Source of the DNA: a virus
Length of the DNA: 64,000 bases
Virus genome (UHGV): UHGV-0037280
Reading direction: 5' to 3' (one strand)
Positions 53,601-64,000 of the stretch are shown here, piece by piece. Position 1 is the first letter of the stretch; each line of letters begins with the position of its first letter. The notes beneath the pieces were generated by a model that ran no database searches, was not told where the DNA came from, and was given only the letters and a program-made list of their open reading frames with translations. The translations under genes and the position numbers were made by a program.

Positions 53601-54458
53601 CACCAGGGGGATTTTCTCAGCCATCTCTGCCGGATGTTTGCGCATCAGCACCACATCAACGACTGTACTGGTCCCGTTTGCGTCAAAAGTACCGGTAGGC
53701 AAGCGGTGGGCACCAAGAAATTCAGCTTTCCGTGATAGGCGCAGGCGTAACCGCTTCATGTTTGAACCTGAAACAATGGACGGCGGCACAATCACGCACA
53801 TGAATCCGCCTGGCTTTATCTTGTCCAGCATGCGGAGCATGAAGTAAGAACCCATGTCCGTTTCTTCTGCATAAGGCTTATCGATGTTGCGTGTGTTATC
53901 ACGACCACCGAACGGAACGTTACCCACAACATGGTCGAATGAATCGTTAGGCGTGCTTACAGCCAGCTGTTCGAACGGGGAAATCTGTACGCTGTCTTCC
54001 GGGTGTAACAGCTGGTTTATACGACCGGAAACACTGCTGATCTCAGTCGCAGTCATCACCGTACCAACCGGTTTTGTCTCATTAAAAACGCCGGTGCCCG
54101 CCGATGGTTCCAGAGTGTTACCTACGTCCGCGCCGTAGAGCTTCATGATCTCCCAGACACCTTCAGCGATCGGCTTTGGTGTGTAATATTCGGAGACGGA
54201 CCCGCCAATGCCGCCTTCACCGGTGTACCCAGCCAGGATCTGGCGCTGTTCATCTGTCAGTGTCGCGCCGTCCACCAGCGAATTAAGCAAATCTATCGCC
54301 TTCTGATTCGCCTCCCGGCGCAGTCGGTCATAGCTTTTGCCTTCCACCTTTTCCACGCCGTATTTAATCGGCGCTCGGTGAGATGTTATTGCCCTAATGT
54401 ATTTCAATATTTCGCTGACACTTGAACAGCGAAACACCCCCATAGATAGCTTGTTCAT
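47691..54458 (-). CDS. darB: DarB antirestriction protein (N-terminal MTase-like domain + DExH helicase), 2255 aa
   Basis: Single 6.8-kb ORF; MTase motifs LEPSAGTGVF and GNVPFG; helicase motifs GFGTGLGKTT and IADEGHNYRN; size and order match P1 DarB. Confidence 0.9.
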   Translation of the reverse strand: MNKLSMGVFRCSSVSEILKYIRAITSHRAPIKYGVEKVEGKSYDRLRREANQKAIDLLNSLVDGATLTDEQRQILAGYTGEGGIGGSVSEYYTPKPIAEGVWEIMKLYGADVGNTLEPSAGTGVFNETKPVGTVMTATEISSVSGRINQLLHPEDSVQISPFEQLAVSTPNDSFDHVVGNVPFGGRDNTRNIDKPYAEETDMGSYFMLRMLDKIKPGGFMCVIVPPSIVSGSNMKRLRLRLSRKAEFLGAHRLPTGTFDANGTSTVVDVVLMRKHPAEMAEKIPLVDESTLESANVLWPTFISGKWFEKDGRRFVHGTQEKGFQGRIEVRADGQIDNQALKAKLIHRFESRIDWSLLDMAEPSPTADVVGEGEMRLINGVWQKYAGGRWIEADAGKELKIDAASYGADSWEALQRNLTTTEGRLGMTFTQMANVRDKYTTSISDDMVQLVDWINSQPEKYRERLYRGAMIGRMLIEYQDMKAAGHSAEQIEQQRLSLVSRLQAEIDRFGNPGRGPIAKLSGSGARAWFAFRGAIKLDGTISDELTGKLVTHDSSASYDSTSYQDTLRYLYSDLTRDPIQLDDFRLAFTGELPASDEELLNLLASTPGIAVSPYGGIVPFARATSGDINEIVAPKQEFLATLPDGPVKNNVLNQLAAIEEKRIKTPAENIRFKLNSRWFDRSVILEFLQENGYPDLRYVQSVQLEGDEMVSDTYHGGDGLFVGHRYGVVQRKDKETGEIRYEWDRKSGENATGFPAQLEKYLNGARIGGKDSATANGYREQMALLEDQFNKWIKTHDRYDELVAKYNDVFNSNIPYEHSGDPLGLKGLSGKRQPFDYQNSEVRRLSEDGRGILGFGTGLGKTTTALALEAFNYENGRSTRTAYVVPKSVLENWYYEAKEFLSEEAFSNYLFVGLDVLMDGDQIRQVPVLNENGKPVLGTDGTPVMRDALKLADEATITARMNAIPHSNYRAVVFTKEQYARIPLRDDTVDEHAQDMLYDFVAAGRVASAMDSDSHRKEAARRRVLSEYSDTGTEKAEKYPYFEDMGFDSVIADEGHNYRNSYKNGREASQLAYLPTSAVAQSARDMAIKNAYLMKKNGGRGPVLLTATPVVNTPIDAYNMLSHVLPKEYWQKMGIYSPDDFVKFFGKTRLETVQKISGEVEEKMALVGFENLDALRGIFHRWTTLKTAEDVKDTVEIPELDEHQQDAPLTEEQLAAYEELRQQAEAAAKANNGVTTSVNEDGVIEHEKARPIFSIIRDMDRVCTDMDLYYRRITYRFLPEYADAVQQLTDSLPKQATSEDDDSDDLITQQSQYSLIDKGEFIQLQVPEAFEQEVNKRLARFGIDEQTVTHPVTPKYAKLIATLKEFFPEGKQIIFTDEKTQHQKLKRIICNALNLEPSKVGILNAQTVAEAGKTGKKLKAVKPPKELPDEPTDAQIAKYNEQMALYDAYIAQQNEMSLGGLEKIAADFQEGRTPIIICNKKAEVGINLHRGTTDIHHLTLPWTPASIAQRNGRGARVGSNRASVRVHYYCGKGSFDEYRLKTLKRKAGWISDILRSDKSEMENADANDMIEMQMYTAKDDGERLAMMQVQMDKAKAAQRARQKEQATIDLQNYIKAQHAAGEDVEVLTAELERSKAELEKTTAEVAKFKQAVMAKAADNADWKARWGSVHHTDRTLLAQYRASLKSAIQRKANISQAISRYEKLLNRTQKAATDIKRLRPLVEDAINKGILDVDPDLVNHANEFLVIGDRSWRVGQYYDCAGDIVRIKSLDFDSQRADVEIIFTFKGTKSGNWDVKTLDKQVDVTPDEDAVMQKISGGVSIAGINDIISCDDFYRFQQRGMIKITDSYGVQTTESGYSIDFVGTYTDPLKHAVYPDRRDGALKSSIAKWVLGMMSEGNNRQIRSAETFLVELFGSNYGDVIASYGDTLSPEAIQEKIADAIARMPEKTSQGATRNGDSELEVTNAIFGTNEFRASDYEITTAQFGTIGIYSNKAEIKQAMDAASARIAAEREANLNHAVAALTQSWVTAIREAATTGKITPAIADVVNDGSKFMDAYQMDAVKLPSAYGQLSYRMTYNLVSMFSDLAILGLVDLNEVTPELLSMRKNHVEILQRINTVLAGRTDEEKQADADRINLALGNITEEEIAARNEKQEELSSIQGDATSIAQSLGLNYRVSTADLKMMYAPKFAAGEVFGLQEASGMKGVLFRAKDAIKAKFGARWLPAKAKNSDFPGNWWIIETKHNVADVLAVIQQYA

Positions 54459-54524
54459 TGGTAATCCTTAACAAGTGACTAGTGTTAAATTCCGTTCAAA
54501 CACGATGTGAATTATTCTAATTAA

Positions 54525-57255
<2,731 letters not shown>

Positions 57256-57299
57256 CCACCAAAAATAACCCCGGCGGCTGCCGGGGTTCTCGTTAACTA

Positions 57300-57554
57300 T
57301 TATCGCCTTCGCCTGCGTGCCATATATTTGCGCACCGCGCGGCGTGGACAATCTGAAGCGGTTTCTTTCTGCTGCATCAATCTTGCAGCCATGCTCAAAA
57401 ATGTCAGGCACAGCCGAAGCCCGGCATACAATAGCGGTTCCAGTGGCCACGTCTCATTGAGCACATATACCGCCATGAAAATCGAGTCGAAAACTATCGC
57501 CGCCAGCGATAACTTCATTGTCGAAAGTCGGCGGAGCTGCCGGAGTTTATTCAT
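57300..57554 (-). CDS. Small membrane protein downstream of lyz
   Basis: 84 aa with hydrophobic stretches and Arg-rich C-terminus; overlaps lyz stop. Confidence 0.4.
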   Translation of the reverse strand: MNKLRQLRRLSTMKLSLAAIVFDSIFMAVYVLNETWPLEPLLYAGLRLCLTFLSMAARLMQQKETASDCPRRAVRKYMARRRRR

Positions 57555-58104
57555 TGACCAGTCCCGTCAGGCAAAGCTGGCGTTCTTTTTCACGGCGAAT
57601 CTTTAAACCTCGCAGGGGCACGCCGTTACTGTTCACGAAATCAGGGAGATGGTTACACATATTCACCCATTCCCCTTTCTGCGCCCACTTGTGGATGGAC
57701 GTTTCTACTCGCATGCCTCGCGCTTTGCTGTAGTAGGTCCGTAAGCTATTGCATCCCATATTGAATGCCGCGCTTGTCATTGCACTGAAGGCATTATCGG
57801 GCATGTCTTTGCCCCGGAAGTGCTGATTAATACAGCGTTCAGCGATCAGGATATTCTTTTCCCAATCAGCGGCGATTTGCTGGTCGGTTTTTCGCACACC
57901 CGGCGTTACCCCGTGTGTATTACCGATCCCGTCAGTCCATACCCCCGCAGGGCACATGTATGGATCACGTCGGCAACCTTCAGCGTTACCAATCAGCTCA
58001 AGCCCCGCCTGGTTGGTTCGCACATTGCCATTACCCATCACGATGGTAATCATCACCGCGATAGCGCAAATTGCACCGCCTCCTGCGGCTGTTTTTCCCT
58101 TCAT
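57547..58104 (-). CDS. lyz: SAR endolysin (T4-lysozyme-like muramidase with signal-arrest-release N-terminal helix)
   Basis: Start MKGKTAAGGGAICAIAVMITIVMGNGNVRTNQAGLELIGNAEGCRRD; glycine-rich weakly hydrophobic SAR domain then lysozyme core. Confidence 0.9.
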   Translation of the reverse strand: MKGKTAAGGGAICAIAVMITIVMGNGNVRTNQAGLELIGNAEGCRRDPYMCPAGVWTDGIGNTHGVTPGVRKTDQQIAADWEKNILIAERCINQHFRGKDMPDNAFSAMTSAAFNMGCNSLRTYYSKARGMRVETSIHKWAQKGEWVNMCNHLPDFVNSNGVPLRGLKIRREKERQLCLTGLVNE

Positions 58105-58237
58105 AAAGACCTCATAAGCGAATTTTTTACGCTCCAGGACAAACACCCATTCACAGCCAATACCGACTGACTCGATCCCTTTAGAAGGCACAGGATAATG
58201 CAAATCACTTGTTAGCTACGTTTCAAAGATATACATT

Positions 58238-58254
58238 ATTGCTCTAATTAATTT
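58238..58254 (+). promoter_or_regulatory. C1 operator (ATTGCTCTAATTAATTT) upstream of ssb
   Basis: 16/17 match; overlaps the TTG at 58253, supporting a downstream start. Confidence 0.6.
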
Positions 58255-58273
58255 GTTTTATTGGGTAAGAAAA

Positions 58274-58762
58274 GTGGCACAACGCGGTGTAAACAAAGTC
58301 ATCCTGATTGGTACCCTGGGGCAAGACCCGGAGATCAGGTATATACCAAATGGCGTCGCGGTCGGAAGACTCAGCATCGCAACGAATGAATCATGGCGCG
58401 ACAAGCAAACGGGCCAACAGAAAGAGCAAACAGAATGGCATAAAGTCGTTTTGTTCGGAAAACTTGCTGAAATTGCGAGTGAGTATTTACGAAAAGGTTC
58501 TCAGGTCTACATCGAAGGGAAACTTAAAACCCGTAAGTGGACAGATGACGCCGGTGTAGAACGTTACACGACGGAAATTATCGTCAGCCAGGGCGGCACC
58601 ATGCAAATGATCGGCGCTCGCCGTGACGATTCACAGTCCTCAAATGGCTGGGGGCAATCAAACCAACCTCAAAACCACCAGCAATACAGCGGTGGCGGTA
58701 AACCTCAGAGCAACGCCAATAACGAACCTCCAATGGACTTTGACGACGATATTCCGTTTTGA
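58274..58762 (+). CDS. ssb: Single-stranded DNA-binding protein (GTG start)
   Basis: [24 protein letters not shown]-fold N-terminus; Gly/Gln-rich linker; acidic tail DFDDDIPF. Confidence 0.85.
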   Translation: MAQRGVNKVILIGTLGQDPEIRYIPNGVAVGRLSIATNESWRDKQTGQQKEQTEWHKVVLFGKLAEIASEYLRKGSQVYIEGKLKTRKWTDDAGVERYTTEIIVSQGGTMQMIGARRDDSQSSNGWGQSNQPQNHQQYSGGGKPQSNANNEPPMDFDDDIPF

Positions 58763-58959
58763 ATGTGTAAAAAACGACTGAAAGAAAAGCGGTGGTCCAA
58801 ACGCCAACAAAAGCACGAACTCGCTAAAAAACGCCAAAGTTGGCAATGGCACGCGCTTTTCACGAAAAGAACACCCCGAGATATTGCTTTCGCTGGTGGG
58901 AAAACATTCCTGACCCACCTGAAGGCGCAATACATCAGGTTTTAAGCAGAGGAAAGACT

Positions 58960-59748
58960 ATGACAGCACAAAATACTAAAACAATTCAATACCGCCTGCG
59001 TAATGGCCAGAGTGTCGAAGTGACCGTCAATAATGATGGAGTGCCAGGCGAAAAGGTTTCTATCTCTGATCTGGCTATCGAAAAAACCATCATGTGCCAC
59101 CTTGGCTTTACTGAAGAAGTGAGCAAAAAGCATGGTGTAGCAATCTGGAGCGCAATGGATACTGGTATGCGCAGATTCATTACTGCTCGTACCCCAGGGA
59201 TGACCATGATGGACCTCATGCAGATTGCGCCGCTGTTTGAGTGTGAACCTTTGGATGTATTCAGCAATCCAGCTATCTGCCAGCAGTTATATGGTGAGAT
59301 GAAACTCGCGGTTACCCCCATTGTGCTGCATGAAGGATCGCTTGCTGGCGTATGGAAAGTAGAGCGAATTTCAAGCTACATGCCTTTCCATGTCAACGGC
59401 GTAATCACTGGTGAAAATCAACCTGTTTCCGTTATAAAGTCAGACCTCAAGCGCGCAATTCTTGAAGCAAGTTGTCGAGTTGTCGGCCTGGGCAAACAGT
59501 CTTATGTTTCCTTCCCGGCTGGCCCTGAAGGCCCGGCAGAAATTCTGATTATGGATGCCGATCTGCTCTGGCAAATACAGTTTCTGATTGGCAAAAGCAT
59601 CATCCGCGATGAAGAACTCGATCAGTACATTACCTGCACGATGACGGATGAAGTCAAAAGTGTGGCTATAGCCAATGCCCGGAACCTATGTCGTGCTGCA
59701 TTAACAGAACTGCAAGAAAACACCACGGGAGAAGTGGAAAGTGATTAA
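58960..59748 (+). CDS. Hypothetical protein (262 aa)
   Basis: ATG 58960 with GAGGAAAG upstream. Confidence 0.5.
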   Translation: MTAQNTKTIQYRLRNGQSVEVTVNNDGVPGEKVSISDLAIEKTIMCHLGFTEEVSKKHGVAIWSAMDTGMRRFITARTPGMTMMDLMQIAPLFECEPLDVFSNPAICQQLYGEMKLAVTPIVLHEGSLAGVWKVERISSYMPFHVNGVITGENQPVSVIKSDLKRAILEASCRVVGLGKQSYVSFPAGPEGPAEILIMDADLLWQIQFLIGKSIIRDEELDQYITCTMTDEVKSVAIANARNLCRAALTELQENTTGEVESD

Positions 59749-59749
59749 A

Positions 59750-59780
59750 AAGAACCCGCCAATTGGCGGGTTCTTTATTT
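59750..59780 (+). terminator. Intrinsic terminator (11-bp stem)
   Basis: aagaacccgcc aatt ggcgggttctt tattt. Confidence 0.7.
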
Positions 59781-59994
59781 ATTGAATTAGCATTCAACTC
59801 CCGATTGTTATAGCGAACACTATGTAACAGAATAATATTATTAACATTTTAGTAATAAGTTGATTATTCATCTTCTGTATTCGCAAAGCGTAAGTATTGC
59901 TCATAGTTTCTTATTCCAGTACATTGTGATTCGTTGAGGCAAAAGAATAGTGGCAATTCTACTGGCAATAAACTCAAGTAAGAGGTTGTAAACA

Positions 59995-60282
59995 ATGGAA
60001 AAACTGAACAATTTCTTAGACAAAATATCCACCCCAAACACTCGCGCAGGCCACACTATTACCCGCATAGCTAAGCTAAGCGATGCGGGTGTCAGTGATG
60101 ACGTAATCGCACTTCAACTGTCCAGTAACAGTGCAAATGGCTTCCGATATACAGCAGATGAAATAAAAGCGTATAAGAAGCTCCACAATGATGTAAAAAC
60201 CAAAGTGGGAATTACATCCAAACAAACAAAAGCATTAATCAAAGATCAAGAGCTGACTTTTGTTGCATTGCCTCAAAACTAA
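59995..60282 (+). CDS. Small hypothetical protein in AT-rich islet (95 aa)
   Basis: ATG with AAGAGG upstream; AT-rich flanks. Confidence 0.45.
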   Translation: MEKLNNFLDKISTPNTRAGHTITRIAKLSDAGVSDDVIALQLSSNSANGFRYTADEIKAYKKLHNDVKTKVGITSKQTKALIKDQELTFVALPQN

Positions 60283-60310
60283 ATTTGTTTAAAGCTATAG
60301 CTAACAAAGA

Positions 60311-60356
60311 GTTATAAGAGCGATAGTGATAAATTTATCATTGTCGCTCTTATAAC
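60311..60356. other. Nested palindrome (13-bp outer stem around an inner 14-bp palindrome)
   Basis: gttataagagcga ... tgataaatttatca ... tcgctcttataac. Confidence 0.45.
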
Positions 60357-60485
60357 CTTGTTAAAGATAAGAATATAACCCAAAAGATATACATGGGTTA
60401 TTAAGGCCATAATTATCAGGCAAATAACATGAAGTCGTCTATGTGATGGATGAAATTTGAACAATCAATTCTATGCCAATTCCTG

Positions 60486-60806
60486 TCAATACAAGAGTTG
60501 GTTTACTGTTTCATCACTAAAAACCTCTTCATCGTCATCATCATCCTCATCGCCACCATCTACTGCTGGCCAATCAACAAACCAGCCAGCGTAAAGATGC
60601 AGCGTTCGGAGAACATCACTTGCGGGAGCATCAAGGGTGTTAACGAATCCCATATAGCTATTGGGATTTGCCCCAGCTATGGCTTCAGCGATCATGTCCT
60701 CGGTAATGTCACCGGAGATAATGCTTAAACGCCCGGAAACTTCTTCGTTATCATCAAATTCGATAATGGCATCTCCACCTAATGGCGCTGCGATTTTAAT
60801 CTGCAT
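60486..60806 (-). CDS. Small acidic protein (106 aa)
   Basis: C-terminal DGGDEDDDDDEE; downstream of and overlapping the 995-aa gene. Confidence 0.5.
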   Translation of the reverse strand: MQIKIAAPLGGDAIIEFDDNEEVSGRLSIISGDITEDMIAEAIAGANPNSYMGFVNTLDAPASDVLRTLHLYAGWFVDWPAVDGGDEDDDDDEEVFSDETVNQLLY

Positions 60807-63783
60807 TATTTAGCTCCTTTGCCACACCTAATAACAGTTCCAGCAATCCGTCACCATTCATCAGTGATGCGGCAGCGGCCTCTTTGTCATGATACAACTG
60901 AAGAGCCATAGAGAATACTTCCGTTGCTGACGTTTTGGAAATAGTCGGTGATTTCTGCCGAATTTTCCCGGTGTTACTTACTGAGGCTGGTGGGTATACC
61001 TTCGCCATATAAATATTACTCAATCGAGATCTGAAGCACCATTCAGGCTTGCCACGCCCACCGATATTAACGAAAGATGGTTTATCCCCTTCAACATTGG
61101 CCTTCAGGAATGACCGGGCTTTCTCTAACAAACCAGGGTTACTGTACTCAAGATGATGACCCAGCTCGTGCCACAGTGCACTTGCAGTTTCATCGTTCAA
61201 ATTGACAGCAACAACACCATTAAGATTTGCATACGCCCTACCCTTGTGGTGAATTACCCTTGATAAGGTTGATATTTTCCCGCCGGTCAGGCGATAAATA
61301 TCAGCAAGTTCCTTGCGCAGGTCTATTCCACCATTCTGTCCAGCGCGGGCTTCTTCCACTTCTTCCGTGATAAAAGAGTCGGCCCACTCAAGAGCTTTTT
61401 CTTCAGATACGGATGAGTTGGCAATCGCACTGTTCATGGCAGATAACACTTTCTCGTGGACCGAACCCATACTTTGCTGATTCATTTGCCAGCGTGTCTG
61501 CGGGTTATATGAGAATCGCTTAAGTAGTTGGTCAAGCTGCTCAAGTTCTTCTTCACTGACATACCTTTTAGCCTCACCAATAATGCCAGGGAGAATATTG
61601 CCGTTAGGATTAAACGCTCGCGAAAGGAAGAGTTTCAGCGCCCCCATGCCCTCCGATGCTTCAATATCACCAATAACCCGGTTAACAATGGCCGCACTCT
61701 TCGGATTAGCATCCGCCAACGCTCTGGCTACGATTTGCAGGGACGATACGACCTCACGCTGCATATCAGTCCTGATCTCATCAATAAACTCTGGCGTTAT
61801 GCCGTGCTCTTTAAGGATATCCCGGCCTTCCGCCGTTACCCCATCGATATCACCGACATGTTTATTAACACGACTTTGCAATGCCTTAAATGCCTTCAGA
61901 ATTCCACGGGCATCATCCGCTTTACTAACGGCCTTCCTGAATGCTGGCAAGAAGTCTGAGTTAACCTCATTTTGTTGATCGGCCCACTGAATGGAGGCTT
62001 CCTTCATCTCGTCCAGAGTCAGATCACCCAACGCGGTATGGTCTGTGAATATGAGCGATAACCTCTGAACCATTTCTGCCAATGGTGATGCCGAATGCGC
62101 CGCGCTAAGGAATGCTTTCACCCTGGTTGGGCGAATGGAAAACCAGTCAATAGCTGGTGGCATATCTCCGTTTTTTATCGCCTGCGCTATCTCGTCAAAG
62201 CCATCGCGCCCAAGGGAGGATGCGTGATTTAACAAGCCGCGAAGTAACGAATTGCTGATACCGAATAATCGGCACCATTTTTTCACGTCGGCAACAGGCA
62301 TTCGAACAAAATGCGCAAGCACTTGTACAAGCTGTTCATCCTGGGGATCTGTGCGGGAAAGCAGCCTGATCAGATGAATAATGTCTTTGATGCCGGATGC
62401 CCGATGTAATAGCAAACTGGTATACGGAGCAACACCGTTGTAACTACCGCCGGAAACGGACTCGAAAAGACCGCCGGATATCCCTTGCATGCCTTCGTTT
62501 TCCAGTTCCTGAGACACCTGGCGAAGGATATCCTGTAACGACACATCGCCTCCGCCAAACATATCCCCCAGCGCCTGGCCCTGGTGCTGTAACTCATCAT
62601 TGATACGTTGAGCCATCAACTTAAAGGCGGTGGCCATACGCTTCGCGCTACGGTTATTCGCGACGATGAACAACGCGAGTGCTTTCACTTCCGGGGCCGT
62701 TTCGCTGAACATATCCCCCTGAGCAATAACATCGGTAATATGCTGGCCTGACTCCTTCGATTGCCTTACCAGGTCTACCGCATCTTTCAATGCCACCAGC
62801 GCCTTTTTATCGAGGCTATCCGCTGTCTCAATGCCATCAACAATAGTTGTCACAGCCTGCTTGTGCGCTTCTCCTGATAAAGCCTGCATCTGGACAAAAT
62901 CATTGGCTGCCGCATTAAGCGCCGTCAGAACATTACGCATATCCGGATCAGGTTCTTCTGCAACCATCCTTACCAGGCGCGCATCCTTATATGCCTTGGC
63001 AAAGATCGCGTTTTGTATACGGTCTACAAGTTGCCGTGTTGGTCGCCCATCTTCAGTTACAAGGCCAGCCGCCTGTGTGGCACCAACTTGCGTCATAAAT
63101 CCGCGAATAAACGCGTCATTACTGCGGCTAAGCAGATCTCCGCTTTCTGACGGGTTAAAAAGCGCCATCATCGCCGGTGTTATGCTGTCGGCATCAACAA
63201 AAGCCTTTTCACTGGCTGCCATTTCCTGAAGATCAGAAATATTTGAGTCCTTGGCAAACTGAACGCGGTCAACCTTAGTTAACCGGCGGCGCACCAGTAC
63301 CGGAGCCGTCATTGATTCAACCTTTTCAGGTCGTATGCCGAATTCGGTCGCATGTTCAATCAGGTACTCACGATACCGATCCGCATTGCCGTCCTGATAG
63401 GCTTTGATGATCCCCATGGTCCGCCCATTACCTGACTCAACGGCATTGTCCTCACCAATTATCGGCGCGCCATGGCTGGATAAACCGGAATCGGTAAGCT
63501 GGGCAGGACGCAAATCCTTGGATATCTGGTTGACCTGAAGAAGGCTGGATGCGCGGGTCCGGTCGCGCGGCTGAAGTTCCTGGGGATAGTCTGGATTAAT
63601 TTTCCCATCCAGAGTATTGGATACCAAAAGAGCTGAGGCATCGACGATATCAAACGCCGTTTTTACCTCGTCTCCCTTCGCTGTCACCACATACGAAACC
63701 CGCCCGTAATCGGGCAGGTTCTTTAGCAGCTCGATCAGCGTTTCTATGCTGGTGGCCATAACCACCTGATCGCTTAAGCTCAT
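60796..63783 (-). CDS. Large dar-operon-type protein (995 aa), DdrB-like by size and position
   Basis: ATG complement of 63781-63783; no catalytic motif recognised; assignment from size and neighbourhood only. Confidence 0.5.
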   Translation of the reverse strand: MSLSDQVVMATSIETLIELLKNLPDYGRVSYVVTAKGDEVKTAFDIVDASALLVSNTLDGKINPDYPQELQPRDRTRASSLLQVNQISKDLRPAQLTDSGLSSHGAPIIGEDNAVESGNGRTMGIIKAYQDGNADRYREYLIEHATEFGIRPEKVESMTAPVLVRRRLTKVDRVQFAKDSNISDLQEMAASEKAFVDADSITPAMMALFNPSESGDLLSRSNDAFIRGFMTQVGATQAAGLVTEDGRPTRQLVDRIQNAIFAKAYKDARLVRMVAEEPDPDMRNVLTALNAAANDFVQMQALSGEAHKQAVTTIVDGIETADSLDKKALVALKDAVDLVRQSKESGQHITDVIAQGDMFSETAPEVKALALFIVANNRSAKRMATAFKLMAQRINDELQHQGQALGDMFGGGDVSLQDILRQVSQELENEGMQGISGGLFESVSGGSYNGVAPYTSLLLHRASGIKDIIHLIRLLSRTDPQDEQLVQVLAHFVRMPVADVKKWCRLFGISNSLLRGLLNHASSLGRDGFDEIAQAIKNGDMPPAIDWFSIRPTRVKAFLSAAHSASPLAEMVQRLSLIFTDHTALGDLTLDEMKEASIQWADQQNEVNSDFLPAFRKAVSKADDARGILKAFKALQSRVNKHVGDIDGVTAEGRDILKEHGITPEFIDEIRTDMQREVVSSLQIVARALADANPKSAAIVNRVIGDIEASEGMGALKLFLSRAFNPNGNILPGIIGEAKRYVSEEELEQLDQLLKRFSYNPQTRWQMNQQSMGSVHEKVLSAMNSAIANSSVSEEKALEWADSFITEEVEEARAGQNGGIDLRKELADIYRLTGGKISTLSRVIHHKGRAYANLNGVVAVNLNDETASALWHELGHHLEYSNPGLLEKARSFLKANVEGDKPSFVNIGGRGKPEWCFRSRLSNIYMAKVYPPASVSNTGKIRQKSPTISKTSATEVFSMALQLYHDKEAAAASLMNGDGLLELLLGVAKELNNAD

Positions 63784-63804
63784 CCCTGTTACGCCTTATC
63801 CAAT

Positions 63805-64000
63805 GTGCCGCTCCCCACGCTCCTCATAGTGGGGATATAAGGCACAGTTTTCCTCCCGGCTATTTTTGCTTAAAATAGTGACATGAAACAACAGGTGTCA
63901 TTCAAATTCCGATTAAGACCAGATGGTCAACAGGAGCGTGAAATGAGGCGCTTCGCAGGCGCATGTCGTTTCGTTTTCAATCGTGCTCTGGCGCTTCAGA
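63805..64000 (+). mobile_element. IS200/IS605-family element, left end with tnpB start (partial)
   Basis: Subterminal hairpin tccccac gctcctcata gtgggga at 63805-63830; tnpB-like N-terminus follows. Confidence 0.5.
63883..64000 (+). CDS. TnpB (OrfB)-like transposase-associated protein, N-terminal fragment running off window end
   Basis: MKQQVSFKFRLRPDGQQEREMRRFAGACRFVFNRALALQ matches the TnpB N-terminal signature (FK-R-YP-Q, RFVYN-AL). Confidence 0.6.
   Translation, partial: MKQQVSFKFRLRPDGQQEREMRRFAGACRFVFNRALALQ

Noticed and set aside
48288-53847. About 20 short ORFs on both strands inside the darB interval
   Set aside because: All are nested within the uninterrupted 6.8-kb darB frame, whose motif content supports it as the real gene.

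Overview
This window reads as about 64 kb of a P1-like phage-plasmid, with P1 gene order from the partition/replication module through the immunity C region, loxP-cre, the darB operon and head/lysis genes. All identifications rest on motif recognition and recalled P1 biology; no database search, GC calculation or RNA folding was run. Recognisable backbone: parA (partial), incA iterons, repA, incC iterons with GATC/DnaA-box origin, hrdC, dmt, tRNA-Asn/Thr/CAT, ban, a baseplate-spike cluster, ppp, phd-doc, lpa, pacA (with pac site) and pacB, c1-coi, loxP, cre, lxc-ulx-darB, prt-pro, lyz, ssb, and a large dar-operon gene abutting a partial IS200/IS605-family tnpB. At least 15 matches to the C1 operator consensus ATTGCTCTAATAAATTT are scattered across the window. 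The main candidate for something new is an AT-rich PIN-like gene (45960-46910) sitting where P1 carries its type III res-mod genes. Other regions that differ from what I remember of P1 are two icd-ant modules in inverted orientation flanking c1-coi-loxP-cre, a family of long-stem hairpin repeats around the tRNA genes, and AT-rich cargo upstream of phd-doc.
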